DNA of 64,000 bases, from the NCBI GenBank assembly GCA_965240325.2, contig OZ251242.1, positions 62,001-126,000 on the forward strand, read 5' to 3'. This document shows positions 35,201-43,667 of the stretch, in pieces. Made by a program: the position numbers and the translations under genes. Positions within the stretch are counted from its first letter, which is position 1. Each line of letters opens with the position of its first letter. This DNA is from Rebecca billardiae RCC1528. Lineage: Eukaryota > Protista > Haptophyta. The notes under the pieces were generated by a model. That model was given only the letters and a program-made list of their open reading frames with translations, ran no database searches and was not told the origin of the DNA.

Positions 35201-38032
35201 CGCGAGGTCGGCGGTCTGCGAGGCCTGGTCCATGGTCCCGATGACGAGAGCGCCGTCGGACGTGGGCGGCTGCGCCGGCGGCGGCGGCAGCGAGGACTGG
35301 AGCGGGGCGGGCGGCACGTGGAGGCCGGACGCGGCGATGGTGGGCGACGGCGAGTCGTCGTCCGGGATGAAGACGGCGCATGCGAGATCGCGGCCGTGCA
35401 GAGGAACGAGCTTGTCGCCGTACAGCAGGTACCGGCCGCCCTGCGCGTGGATCGGGGTGGCGCCGGACATGAAGGTGGTCGGCGCCGCGAGCGAGATGAA
35501 CGAGATGCCGAGGCGGGTCAGCCAAGTGTCGCTCATGTAGAAGCCCGGGACGTCTGGAGAGAGCGGGACGTCCATGAGCGGCAGCGTGATGAGGTCGCCG
35601 TCGATCGAGCGCATGCCGAGGGCGAACGAGGCCGAGGTGTTGATCTTGATCCGCGTGCCGTTCGCCGCGCGCGCCTCCGAGAACTGGCGGAAGGACTTGG
35701 CGGCAAACCGAGAGAACGCGGTCGAGGCGATGGTGGTGTCCGCGCCGGTGTCGATCATGATCGAGATGCTCGCCTGGGCGATGTCGCCTGTGAACGGCGT
35801 GCCGATGGCGAAGGAGATCGTCGAGTGCACGTTCTCAATCTCCTCCGGATCGGCGAGCAACGGCTGCTGGATGCAGGTCGGGTTGATCGGGTCAAACGAG
35901 CGGGAGACGCCGCAGATGATGGGCGGGCCGGTGCGGGCGCAGCAGGTGACCGCGGTGAGGATCGAGATGATGGCGAGGACGGCGAGCGCGACGAGGAAGA
36001 GGAAGGCACCGTGCGACGACTTGAAGAGCGCGCGGAGCCGACCCTCGTGCTTGAACCGCGGCGGCGGCGGCTCGTACCGGACGATCAGGTCATCGATGTA
36101 GGCGCCGGCGTCACCGAAAGACCGTGCGCGATGGATCTCGGCCTCGGCCGCGGCGGCTGCGGCGAGGAACTCGTACGGGCTGAGCGTGAGCGGCTCTCCG
36201 GCGAGCTGGCCGAGGTGGCCGAGCGGGTAGGTGTAGTTGCCCGCGGTGGAGACGTCGTCCAGGCTGGGGCAGTCGTCGGACGTGTCCGAGGCCGCGTCCG
36301 AAGCCGAGGTCGTGGACGAGGGAGTGCACGGGACAAGGTCCGGCAGCTCATCGTCCGTCTCCGAGGCCGAGTCGGAGGCGGAGTCGTCGCGGTCGTCCGG
36401 GGGGTTGGCGAGACGGAACGGCTTGAGGTGGAACGGCTCGTAGGAGGCGGGCTTGCGGATGGACTGGCGCAACGCCATGATGAGCACATTCTGGCCGCGC
36501 TCGAGCTCGGCCGCCGTCGCGAGCTGGATCGGGGAACCGGCTTCAGACGCCGGCGGCGACGGCGAGTCGGCCTGCGTCGGCGGCGACGGCGGGCCGAAGG
36601 GCGGCGGCGGCGAGTTGGCCTGCGTCGACGGGCCGAACAGCGGCGGCGGCAGCGAGTAGAGCACCGGCTGCGGGTTGATGAGCGGCAGCGCCGGCTGCTG
36701 CGAGTCGGCGGGCGGCAGCAGCGGCGGCGAGTTGGTGAGCGCCGGCTGCGCGTTGGAGTGCGCCCGCGACAGCGGCGAGTCGGCGGGCGGCGGCGAGTTG
36801 GTGGGCGCCGGCGGCGGCGGCGGCGCGCCGGCGAGCTGCCGCGACGACGGCGTGAGGACGAGCGTCGGCAGCGAGTTGGAGCGCGCCTGCGACAGCGGCG
36901 AGTCGGCGGGCGGCGACGAGTCGGCGGGCGCCGGCGACGGCGCGTTGGCGTCGGGCGCCGCCGGCTGCGAGTTGGAGCCGGACGCCGAGCCCGAGACGGA
37001 GATGGCGTTGAGCGTCGGCGTGCCGTCCTGGATGAGCCGCACGCGCGTCGTGGTCGCCGACGGCTTCGCCCGCTGCGGCGTCGGCTGCGGCTGCGACTGC
37101 GAGGGCGCGGAGGGCACGCGCTGGAGCTTGTTGGACTTGTGAGTCGGGCGGCGCGCGCCGCCGGAGCGAGCGTCGGCTGCGGGCGTCGCGCCCGAGGAGC
37201 GCGAGGTGGACGTCTGGGGGCGGTTCGGGCAGTCGCGGTTCCAGTGCATGCCGCCGCAGTACTTGCACGGGGTAGGAGGCATGGATGCGCCGGGCTGGCC
37301 CTTGGAGGTGAGCGCGTTGACGGCCTGGCGGTTGGGGTTCGTGCCGTTGGCGGCGGCGGCGACGCGGTCGAGATCGTGCACGCGCTCGATGAGATCCTCC
37401 ACAGAGATGGGCTGGTCGTTCATCGTCGCGATCACCGAGCTGACAAAGGACGGGTTGCGGCCGTAGAGGTTCACGAGGATGACGACGAGCGTGAAGATGT
37501 CGTCCTTGATCTCGACGCCGCGCAGCTCCGTGGCGTTGGACATCACACGAGCAGCAAAGGTGTGGAAGCTCTCGCTCGGCGACATCTTGATCGAGAGCAG
37601 GGCGTACAGCTTGGCGACGAGCGAGGAGGGGCGGGAGCTGTTGCAGCGCACGTTGAGCGCGTTGACGAGATGAGACAGCTCGAGCCCGAGACCCGAGTGC
37701 TGCAACTGCGCGATGATCGGGTCGAGGATGCGAGGAGCGACCGCCTTGAGAAGCAACTGCACGATGAAAGCCTGCGTGCGCAGCTGCTTGGCCTGGATGG
37801 TGGCGGCGGCGGTGGACGGGGGGCAGACGATGGGCTTGTCCGCGCCGGTATCGTCCTTGCCCGGCTCGAGGGGCGAGGACGGGTTGGAGAACGCGAGCGC
37901 GACGTCCATGTCCGGCTTCGACGTGACCATGACCACAAGAACGGAGATGGCCGTGCGGAGGTCCTGCGGCTTGAGGACGAGAGCTCGCGGCGGGAGCTGG
38001 TCACGCATGTCGCCACCCGGCGGCTCCGCCAT
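32276..38032 (-). CDS. Copia Gag-Pol polyprotein (1918 aa)
   Basis: Zn knuckle CKYCGGMHWNRDC; protease IDTGA; HLRLGH and integrase VHVD...RVDGAPE...NPIAER; RT KARVVG.GF.Q, LYGLKQSGRNW and YVDDML; RNase H YVDADYA...STEAEY...EDN...ADIMTK. Confidence 0.96.
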   Translation of the reverse strand: MAEPPGGDMRDQLPPRALVLKPQDLRTAISVLVVMVTSKPDMDVALAFSNPSSPLEPGKDDTGADKPIVCPPSTAAATIQAKQLRTQAFIVQLLLKAVAPRILDPIIAQLQHSGLGLELSHLVNALNVRCNSSRPSSLVAKLYALLSIKMSPSESFHTFAARVMSNATELRGVEIKDDIFTLVVILVNLYGRNPSFVSSVIATMNDQPISVEDLIERVHDLDRVAAAANGTNPNRQAVNALTSKGQPGASMPPTPCKYCGGMHWNRDCPNRPQTSTSRSSGATPAADARSGGARRPTHKSNKLQRVPSAPSQSQPQPTPQRAKPSATTTRVRLIQDGTPTLNAISVSGSASGSNSQPAAPDANAPSPAPADSSPPADSPLSQARSNSLPTLVLTPSSRQLAGAPPPPPAPTNSPPPADSPLSRAHSNAQPALTNSPPLLPPADSQQPALPLINPQPVLYSLPPPLFGPSTQANSPPPPFGPPSPPTQADSPSPPASEAGSPIQLATAAELERGQNVLIMALRQSIRKPASYEPFHLKPFRLANPPDDRDDSASDSASETDDELPDLVPCTPSSTTSASDAASDTSDDCPSLDDVSTAGNYTYPLGHLGQLAGEPLTLSPYEFLAAAAAAEAEIHRARSFGDAGAYIDDLIVRYEPPPPRFKHEGRLRALFKSSHGAFLFLVALAVLAIISILTAVTCCARTGPPIICGVSRSFDPINPTCIQQPLLADPEEIENVHSTISFAIGTPFTGDIAQASISIMIDTGADTTIASTAFSRFAAKSFRQFSEARAANGTRIKINTSASFALGMRSIDGDLITLPLMDVPLSPDVPGFYMSDTWLTRLGISFISLAAPTTFMSGATPIHAQGGRYLLYGDKLVPLHGRDLACAVFIPDDDSPSPTIAASGLHVPPAPLQSSLPPPPAQPPTSDGALVIGTMDQASQTADLAPDDDTFCDECCVEFKDTDELSRVAHLRLGHAHAAAVNRTLAASKHLGARNLKSDCSCALAKMKRNSFTSTSPRSEKAFVLVHVDVAGYVDGKFIVNPDDFAKFYVIVFVDDYTRAGFIYFLDRRSDAPEAMRRFIDDMSVYGRTVSRFRVDGAPELNSTDWEGICRAHGIAPNQVTPPDTPQHNPIAERFIQTLFNAARSILFHSKLRIDAYAKDALRHAAYIIRRIATPVTFNKTPFELLRGFPPDLAQLRVFGCVAYVVPPNTHFKKLDPRAVMGVYVGHGDDGHMVNVPPKNRTRYTKAIIVRVPGDGQIVPDMFIISHHVRFDEDTLYVDHPDAAHIARDPLAAAPQLPPTPPPLDLHAADVGNGGSSHGAVRRRDGAGSFGHAERVGDAPHAYVGDADDDAAGAEDSLDVGNALNDDDPPSSRTRARAHVNSVASPTYSKLPRIYALLLSIGLSDTPTAVQALNGPHATQFAAALDAEYASILANNTWVEVPRKPGMRTLKAAPVFNIKRDKKGNIKRFKARVVGKGFTQIEGIDYDETFSSVVRYETLKMIIAIAAAKQRRLFHGDFTTAYLNAPIDYEIYLELPLGYKPKAKGDVVLRLLKSLYGLKQSGRNWRLMIDDWMKEYGFAQSQADPCLYVLNTQSGIIAVCIYVDDMLILDDSDDPTACDNFISKITSSYKMTITADIDGYLSATLTRSKDGIMVTVTKNILELLEKTGFMNCNTSDTPMTEGLKLGPCSESDALDAETTTFFRSVVGSLIHITQFRPDIAYAVGTLTHFMSKPGKKHLEAAKRIIRYLAGTPNLGLFFRSGSDVTLIAYVDADYANDLHDERKSVTGYVMHLCGSTVSGRREKQRTTALSSTEAEYMAVTSAGKEIIFMRKLLTDLGYPQLAPTKLFEDNKAVVDLTDNEKYHNRTKHIDVQYHWNRQHARAGTFKLFLIPGTENPADIMTKPLGPAAFLKLRAQILGM

Positions 38033-38358
38033 GTCAAAGGGTGAAGAGAGCGACAGGGCCGTGAGGCCCGAGAGCGTGACGAGGGGGGCGAGGATGCCCC
38101 GAGAGACGGAGGTTCGACTGATGCAATGCGAAGCGGTATGAACTGAACGAGCCGGTCACTAGGGGGGCATCCGACAGTCCTAGGACCGTGTAGGAGGCAC
38201 TGATAGCCATCAACGGGTAAGTCGTGAAATGAACCATGATGGGAGTAAGAGTGATGCCGACCTGATAATGAGAGTCGGCGTATGTGGTGTCCAGTGACGG
38301 TTGGTGATCCGGGTGTGTACGCACAGGAGAGCGAGTCCGGTAACGTTGGATCTTGACA
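38032..38358 (-). repeat. 5' LTR of the copia element (327 bp)
   Basis: Near-perfect copy of 31684-32009, adjacent to the PBS. Confidence 0.95.
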
Positions 38359-38606
38359 TCCTTAACGGCCGCTTTAAAAAAGAAATCGTTGCTGTGAACA
38401 GCAGCGCATCATGCTAACGATATCGTCCGTTCACTACGTATTATATATATTAGATATAGTCTACTACAGTATACACCCGACCGTCCCCGCCCAGGACTCT
38501 CAGGATAAGCCCTGGGCGGCTTGGCGCGCGCCGTCGCCGGCAGGCGAGCAGCCGGCCGCGCTGCAGCCGGCAGCAGGCAGCGCCACCGCGCCTAGCGGCG
38601 CCCCCT

Positions 38607-39882
38607 CTACTGGGCGGCGCCGGTGGCGCGCTGCCAGATGCCGCCTCCGGGCATGAAGAGGTGGTACGGCGGCTTCTCGGGGTCAGCCGCCGCGCCGAGC
38701 CTCTGCAGCGCGCTCAGCAGCAGCTTGACGGGCGTGGTGACGAGGCAGCCCACTGACAGCGAGATGGCCATGATCAGCGCGCCCGCCACCGTCGAGCGCG
38801 CGTAGTTCTTCGGCCTGAAGAACGCCTTGAAGCCCAGCCGCTTGTCCTTGGGCTGCAGGTAGTACCCGCGCAGCTCGTTGCCGGGCGAGGAGAGGACGCA
38901 CGAGAGCAGCACCGTCGGGAACAGCAGCGCCGCGCGCCCCCACGTGCTGCCCACCAGCGCGGGGTACGCGAGCAGCAGCGCGGTGTTGAGCTTGGTGCGC
39001 GAGATGCCGTACGCAATGTCGCGCAGCACGGTCGGGAGGTACGCCTGCACGCACGCGACGAGGGAGGGGGGGAGGGGGGGAGGGGCGTGTGATGCTCACG
39101 GCCAGCGCGCACGCGGGACTGTGGGGGCCGTGGTGCCGCGCGCCGCGCTGGGCGGTGCTGCTGCGCGCCCGGCAGCGGCAGGCGCGCGCTCTGCCTGCCT
39201 GCGGCTGTGGCTTTGGCTCTGGCTGTGGCTGGCCGTGGCTGCGTGTGTGCGTGTGCATGTGCGTGTGTGCGTGTGTGCGTGTGTGTGCGTGTGCGTGCGT
39301 GTGTGTGTGCGTGTGTGCATGTGTGCGCCGCACCTTGAAGAGAGCACCCCCGTCCACCGGCAGCTCCATCGACTTGCAGAAGCGGTAGTTGGTGATGGGC
39401 AGGGTGAGCGTGGTGAAGAGGAAGCCCGTGACCAGCCCCTTCACCGCGTCCGGCACCGCCACCGCCTCCATCACGCAGTTCACCGCCTCGAAGAGCGGGA
39501 ACTTGAGGAAGTTGGTCGGCAGCGTCGTGCGGAAGAATTGCACAGACTTGCCCACGTCGAGGCGCTTGATCGACTCGGAGACGGTGATGCGCTCGACGAG
39601 GATGCGGTTCACCACCGGCTCGGTGAACGCCGAGAGCGTCGCCGCGACGAACGCGCCCACCGCGCCCTGCGTCGCGCCCGTCACGATGCGCGCAGCTAGG
39701 TCCTCCACCACCGCGCTCGGCGCCGCGCGCGCAGCCTCGAGCGGGACGGCGCGGCGGGGGAGCGCGACGGGGCGGCCGAGGGGCTGCCGCGCGCCCACGA
39801 CGTGCCCGTCCACGCCGGCCGCGCCGATCGCCGCGAGCACGGCAAGCGCCCCGAGCAGGCCCCCTCTCGGCGACGTCGGCAT
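38607..39882 (-). CDS. Divergent mitochondrial-carrier-like membrane protein with an N-terminal signal-like leader; exons 39882-39334 and 39044-38607
   Basis: Three helix-Pro repeats (AFTEPVVNR, TLTLPITNYR, VLSSPGNELR) and YLPTVLRDIAYG resemble degenerate carrier motifs. The GT-AG intron 39333-39045 joins the two frames. Confidence 0.55.
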
Positions 39883-40144
39883 CACGGCCGATGCGCTGCT
39901 GCTGCGCTGATGAGGGGAGAGCGCGGGCGTGGTCGCTCAGGATCCAGAGGACGGGCGGGCGCGGGTACATAGATCGCCGTTTGATTCCGGCCGTGGCTGC
40001 AGCGGCCGCAGCGGCCAGACTGCAGCGGCGGCCGCGGATGAACGCAGTGCAGAAGGTGCACTTCTTAGTTTATTTCGACTACTCTTTTGAGTCTTTTCCG
40101 GCCAAGTCGACCCAGCATGGCGGCTTGTCCGTGACATCGCTCAC

Positions 40145-40444
40145 ATGGCGACGCAGACGTGCGTCAAGTGCCGCACAAACTTCGTGGTCGACCAGCCCGG
40201 CAGCCCGTGCCGCATCCACGCCGGCTCGTTCGCCGGCTTCGAGCGCGGCAAGCTCTACGGTGGCGCCACGGCCGACTTTCCCGCCGAGGCCAGGACGTGC
40301 TACGAGTGGTCGTGCTGCGGTGAGCGTGACGCGAACGCGCCCGGCTGCGTGTCGGGCATGCACGTCAGCGTGGACGGTAAGGAGAGCAAGCTGAGGGCGG
40401 CCGAGCAGCAGGCCGTACCGATCGCGCATCCCCAGTCGTCGTAG
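40145..40444 (+). CDS. Small (99 aa) Cys/His zinc-binding protein with a Btk/CHORD-like motif
   Basis: CxxC...C.IH.G...WSCCG......PGC...H pattern, with strong coding-type codon usage. Confidence 0.7.
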   Translation: MATQTCVKCRTNFVVDQPGSPCRIHAGSFAGFERGKLYGGATADFPAEARTCYEWSCCGERDANAPGCVSGMHVSVDGKESKLRAAEQQAVPIAHPQSS

Positions 40445-41710
40445 GCTGGCACCCCGCTCGGACGGGCCGACAGTAGTCGCGCCGGCCGCTGGCACGGCCG
40501 GCCGCGCCTCCGCCGGCGGCCACATCAGAGCACTGAGCAGCAGGCACATGGCTGCCGCCTGCCGCGCGCTACCGACTGCTGATATGCGCGCTGATGCACG
40601 CCCGCTACACTGATGACCATGCGCGCGCATAGAGTAGAGCTCGATGATCGATCTCATCATGGCGAGGATCCGCGCGTCCGACATAAGCCCGGTGTCGCGC
40701 ACAGACAGAATTTTCACTACAGGCCCGACTGGTCCGCGGTCGGCCTGGTCGGTGATCCGTGCCCGTGGCCCGTGGGCATCGCCGTGCCAATCGCCATGCG
40801 CCCGCATGGGCATCCGACCTGACGGCGCGGCCCTCAGCCGCGGCCGGGCGCGCTGGCCACTGATGATTGTGATGTAGTTCGCGTCAGAGCCGCGGGGTGC
40901 GGCGGGCTTACCGCCGCGGGGCCTCAGATACTCATCATTCTATATATATAGCAGAAGCCTATATGCCCGCCGATTTATTAACGACACAGGTAGCAGGACG
41001 ACGCGGGTCTCCTTATGATTCGGCGGCGGCAGTGCCCGATCGTCGACACGAAGTCAGCGTTGGTGGCAGAGCATAGCCTGCACCGCGCCTCGCAAAGCTG
41101 CTTGGCCTTGACCGCGACGGCGCGGCCTGTGCAGACTCTTGAGCAGTGCCGTGACTGAATCGGAATGAAGCGGCTCGCATGGACCGCCGGTGCTGTGCCC
41201 CGAGCGAGGGTATAACGGTGCAGGTCCGGATGTCCGAGTCTCAGCCGCTTCGGTACGGCCGCGGATCATGGTCGAGCCTGCCCCGTGCAGCCCGGCCCGT
41301 GCTCCCCGCCCCCGGGCGGTCGCGTACGCGCTTGCTGCTCGTAACAAGCCATGCATATATAAATAATAACCGTACAGGCCGTCTGTCAGGCGGCATTGAT
41401 GCGCCGCGCGGGTGCCCACCCGACCCGCACGGCGCACCGCGCGGCGACCGCGGCCGCGGGCGCCCGGCGGCCCCGTAACTTACTACTGCTAGTCGGACGG
41501 TCTGTTGAGCAGTGACGCCTGCTGCGGGCCGTCGGAGTCATCGAGTCATCACTACTGCCGTACTGGCCGGGAGTCGCGCCGCCCCAGACTCTCGCCCCCA
41601 TCAGCCCCAGCCCCAGGGCCAGGCCCAGACCGGGTCCGGTGGACAACATCGATCGGTGTCAGACACCGCTGACACCGGTCGCCGGTCACTGGCTGCGCGC
41701 GCTGCTAACA

Positions 41711-42838
41711 CTAACGACTGAAGGTGTGGCACTGCCGTCGCTCCCTCTGCGCGGCGAGCTCGCGCATCGCCGCCTCCGAGCCCGCCATGGCCTCCAGCGC
41801 GTGCCGCGTGCACGGGTGCTTCGCGTAGCGGCTCCGGAGCGTGCGCATCGCGGCGGCGCGCGCGCCCTCGAGCTCCCGCGTCCGGTTCCACACTCTGTAG
41901 TCGAGCAGCCGGCCCAGGTCGCGCGGGTACGCCGCGCAGTGCATGGCGAAGGAGCGCTGCAGCCCTTGCCACGCGGGCACGCGCGCGCCGCGCACGAGGT
42001 CGTCGCGCAGCCAGATCACGTCGAGGGCGGCCACGCGGTGGATGATGGAGTAGCCAAACTCGGCGGCGAGCAGCCGCCACGTCTCGAGCGAGGCGCCCCA
42101 CGCGCAGTTGGCAAACGCCGAGCCGTACCCGCCGCCCGGACCGCCCGGCAGCATGGTCGGGTCGTCGAGCGTGAAGGCGTCCCCCTGGCGCCAGTTCACG
42201 TTGAACTCGGTGACGATGACGCGCGGCCGGTACCCGCCCTCGAGGATGGCGCGCAGCACGAACGTGTCGTGTGAGTCCATGTCGCACGAGACGAGGTCTG
42301 GCGCGCGCGGCACGCCGTACTGCGCGAAGAGCCGCGCGACGTTCGTGCGGTCGAGGAAGTGCGCGTGCAGATTGATCGACGCGTTCGACCAGCGGCTGTC
42401 GAGCAGCAGCCCGTCGAAGCCGTGCTCGTGCAGGAAGAGCGTGTTCGCGCCCGAGCCGCCCTCGTACGTGGCAGAGTTGAAGCCAAACTCGACGTAGTAC
42501 CGGTTGGTCACGCCGACGCGGTCAAAGACGCGCATCAGGACGGCGTCCTGGTTGGCCTGCGAGTGCACCTTCGCGCGGGGCGGGATGGTCGGCAGCAGCT
42601 CCATCCAGTCCGCCGGCGCGTCGTCCACGGGCGCCGGCCGCGGCCGCCACGCGCGCAGCCTGGCCACCCACTCGTCGGCCTTGCTGCTCCTCACCTGCGG
42701 CGCGCGCGGCCCGTCGGCCACTCGGTCGGCCTCGCGCGGCCCGCCCGGGCTGCTGGGCTCGGTCGCGAGAGCGTGCGTGGCGCCTGCCGCCAGCGCCACA
42801 AGTGTGCGCCACGCGTGCTGCCGCCGTGGCGCAGCCAT
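41711..42838 (-). CDS. FkbM/Methyltransf_21-like SAM methyltransferase with a signal peptide or anchor
   Basis: SQANQD.VL..VF..VG..N.YYVEFG, ANT..L...G.DGLLLD, DL.S.D.DS.D..VL.AIL...YRPRVIV.E.N and WGASL. Confidence 0.75.
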   Translation of the reverse strand: MAAPRRQHAWRTLVALAAGATHALATEPSSPGGPREADRVADGPRAPQVRSSKADEWVARLRAWRPRPAPVDDAPADWMELLPTIPPRAKVHSQANQDAVLMRVFDRVGVTNRYYVEFGFNSATYEGGSGANTLFLHEHGFDGLLLDSRWSNASINLHAHFLDRTNVARLFAQYGVPRAPDLVSCDMDSHDTFVLRAILEGGYRPRVIVTEFNVNWRQGDAFTLDDPTMLPGGPGGGYGSAFANCAWGASLETWRLLAAEFGYSIIHRVAALDVIWLRDDLVRGARVPAWQGLQRSFAMHCAAYPRDLGRLLDYRVWNRTRELEGARAAAMRTLRSRYAKHPCTRHALEAMAGSEAAMRELAAQRERRQCHTFSR

Positions 42839-43223
42839 TCTTGTCAGGCCACTGGCTGAGTCCGGGAGCTGGCACAGCCGGAGCTGGCCAGCTGCTCACC
42901 AGCTGGGCACGGCTGGCGCGGTCTCACTGAGTGTCAGACGTCTGACTGTCAGTGTCATCACTGTCAGCTGTCTGCTCTAGTCGGCCCGTCTGATTGAGTC
43001 GATCGTCCCGCCGCTAGTCATCATCAGCAGCACTGCTGTCTGACCGGCGCATTGGCATCCGATGTGCGCTCACTAGCGTTGCGCCGCGCCCATCGCGGCA
43101 GCGCTGCGCCGTGCGCGCGGGCTGCGCCTCGCCCGCGCAGGAGTTCCAGTGAACAGTCGTAGTGAATCGCGGACCGCGTGGCGCGGCGGCGCGGCCCGCC
43201 GCGCCGCTCGCTTCCATGCTCAG

Positions 43224-43612
43224 CTAGGCGTCCGCCCGCCGCGCGGCTGGCTTCTCGAAGAGGTAGTGCGAGACGTACCACACGTTGCCGCCGTCGTACC
43301 CCCACAGCTCGGCGCACGCGAGGTAGAAGGCGCGCCAGCGCGCCCACCACAGCGCCGTCTCTCCGGGCGGGTACGTGGCGCGGAGGATCTGCAGCACCTC
43401 CGCCTTGCGCGCGTCCATGCGCTGCAGCCACGCCTCGGCGGTCATCTGGTAGTGCCAGCCCGAGACGCGCCACTGGCGCAGCAGCGTGAGGTCGCGCTGG
43501 AAGTAGTGCAGCAGGTCGTCCGACGGCATCGTGCCGCCCGCGAAGAAGTAGCGCGCCTGCAGCGGCGGGGGAGGCGGCGCGGCGCGGCACGCGCGCGGCG
43601 CGGCTCGGCTGA

Positions 43613-43667
<55 letters not shown>

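Larger units (their letters stand above)
31684..38358 (-). mobile_element. Full-length Ty1/copia LTR retrotransposon
   Basis: LTRs at 31684-32009 and 38032-38358 (TG...CA), appearing identical except for one C indel. TSD TCCTT at 31679-31683 and 38359-38363. PBS at 38031-38016 and PPT GGGTGGGGG at 32018-32010. Intact single ORF in the order gag-PR-IN-RT-RH. Confidence 0.97.
28167..38396. mobile_element. TIR DNA transposon with CAC...GTG ends (CMC/EnSpm-like, apparently non-autonomous, ~3.55 kb), interrupted by a copia element
   Basis: 34-bp TIRs at 28167-28200 (CACAGCAACGACTTCTTTTTTAAAGCGGCCGTTA) and 38363-38396, with one mismatch. AA lies directly outside both ends (2-bp TSD, or a GAAC 4-bp TSD if the TIR is taken one base shorter). 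Confidence 0.8.

Noticed and set aside
34082-38044. 1320-aa plus-strand ORF antisense to gag-pol, and many other long overlapping Arg/Ala/Pro-rich ORFs across the window
   Set aside because: These are shadow frames produced by extreme GC3 bias (few stops on the antisense and shifted frames), with no recognisable motifs.
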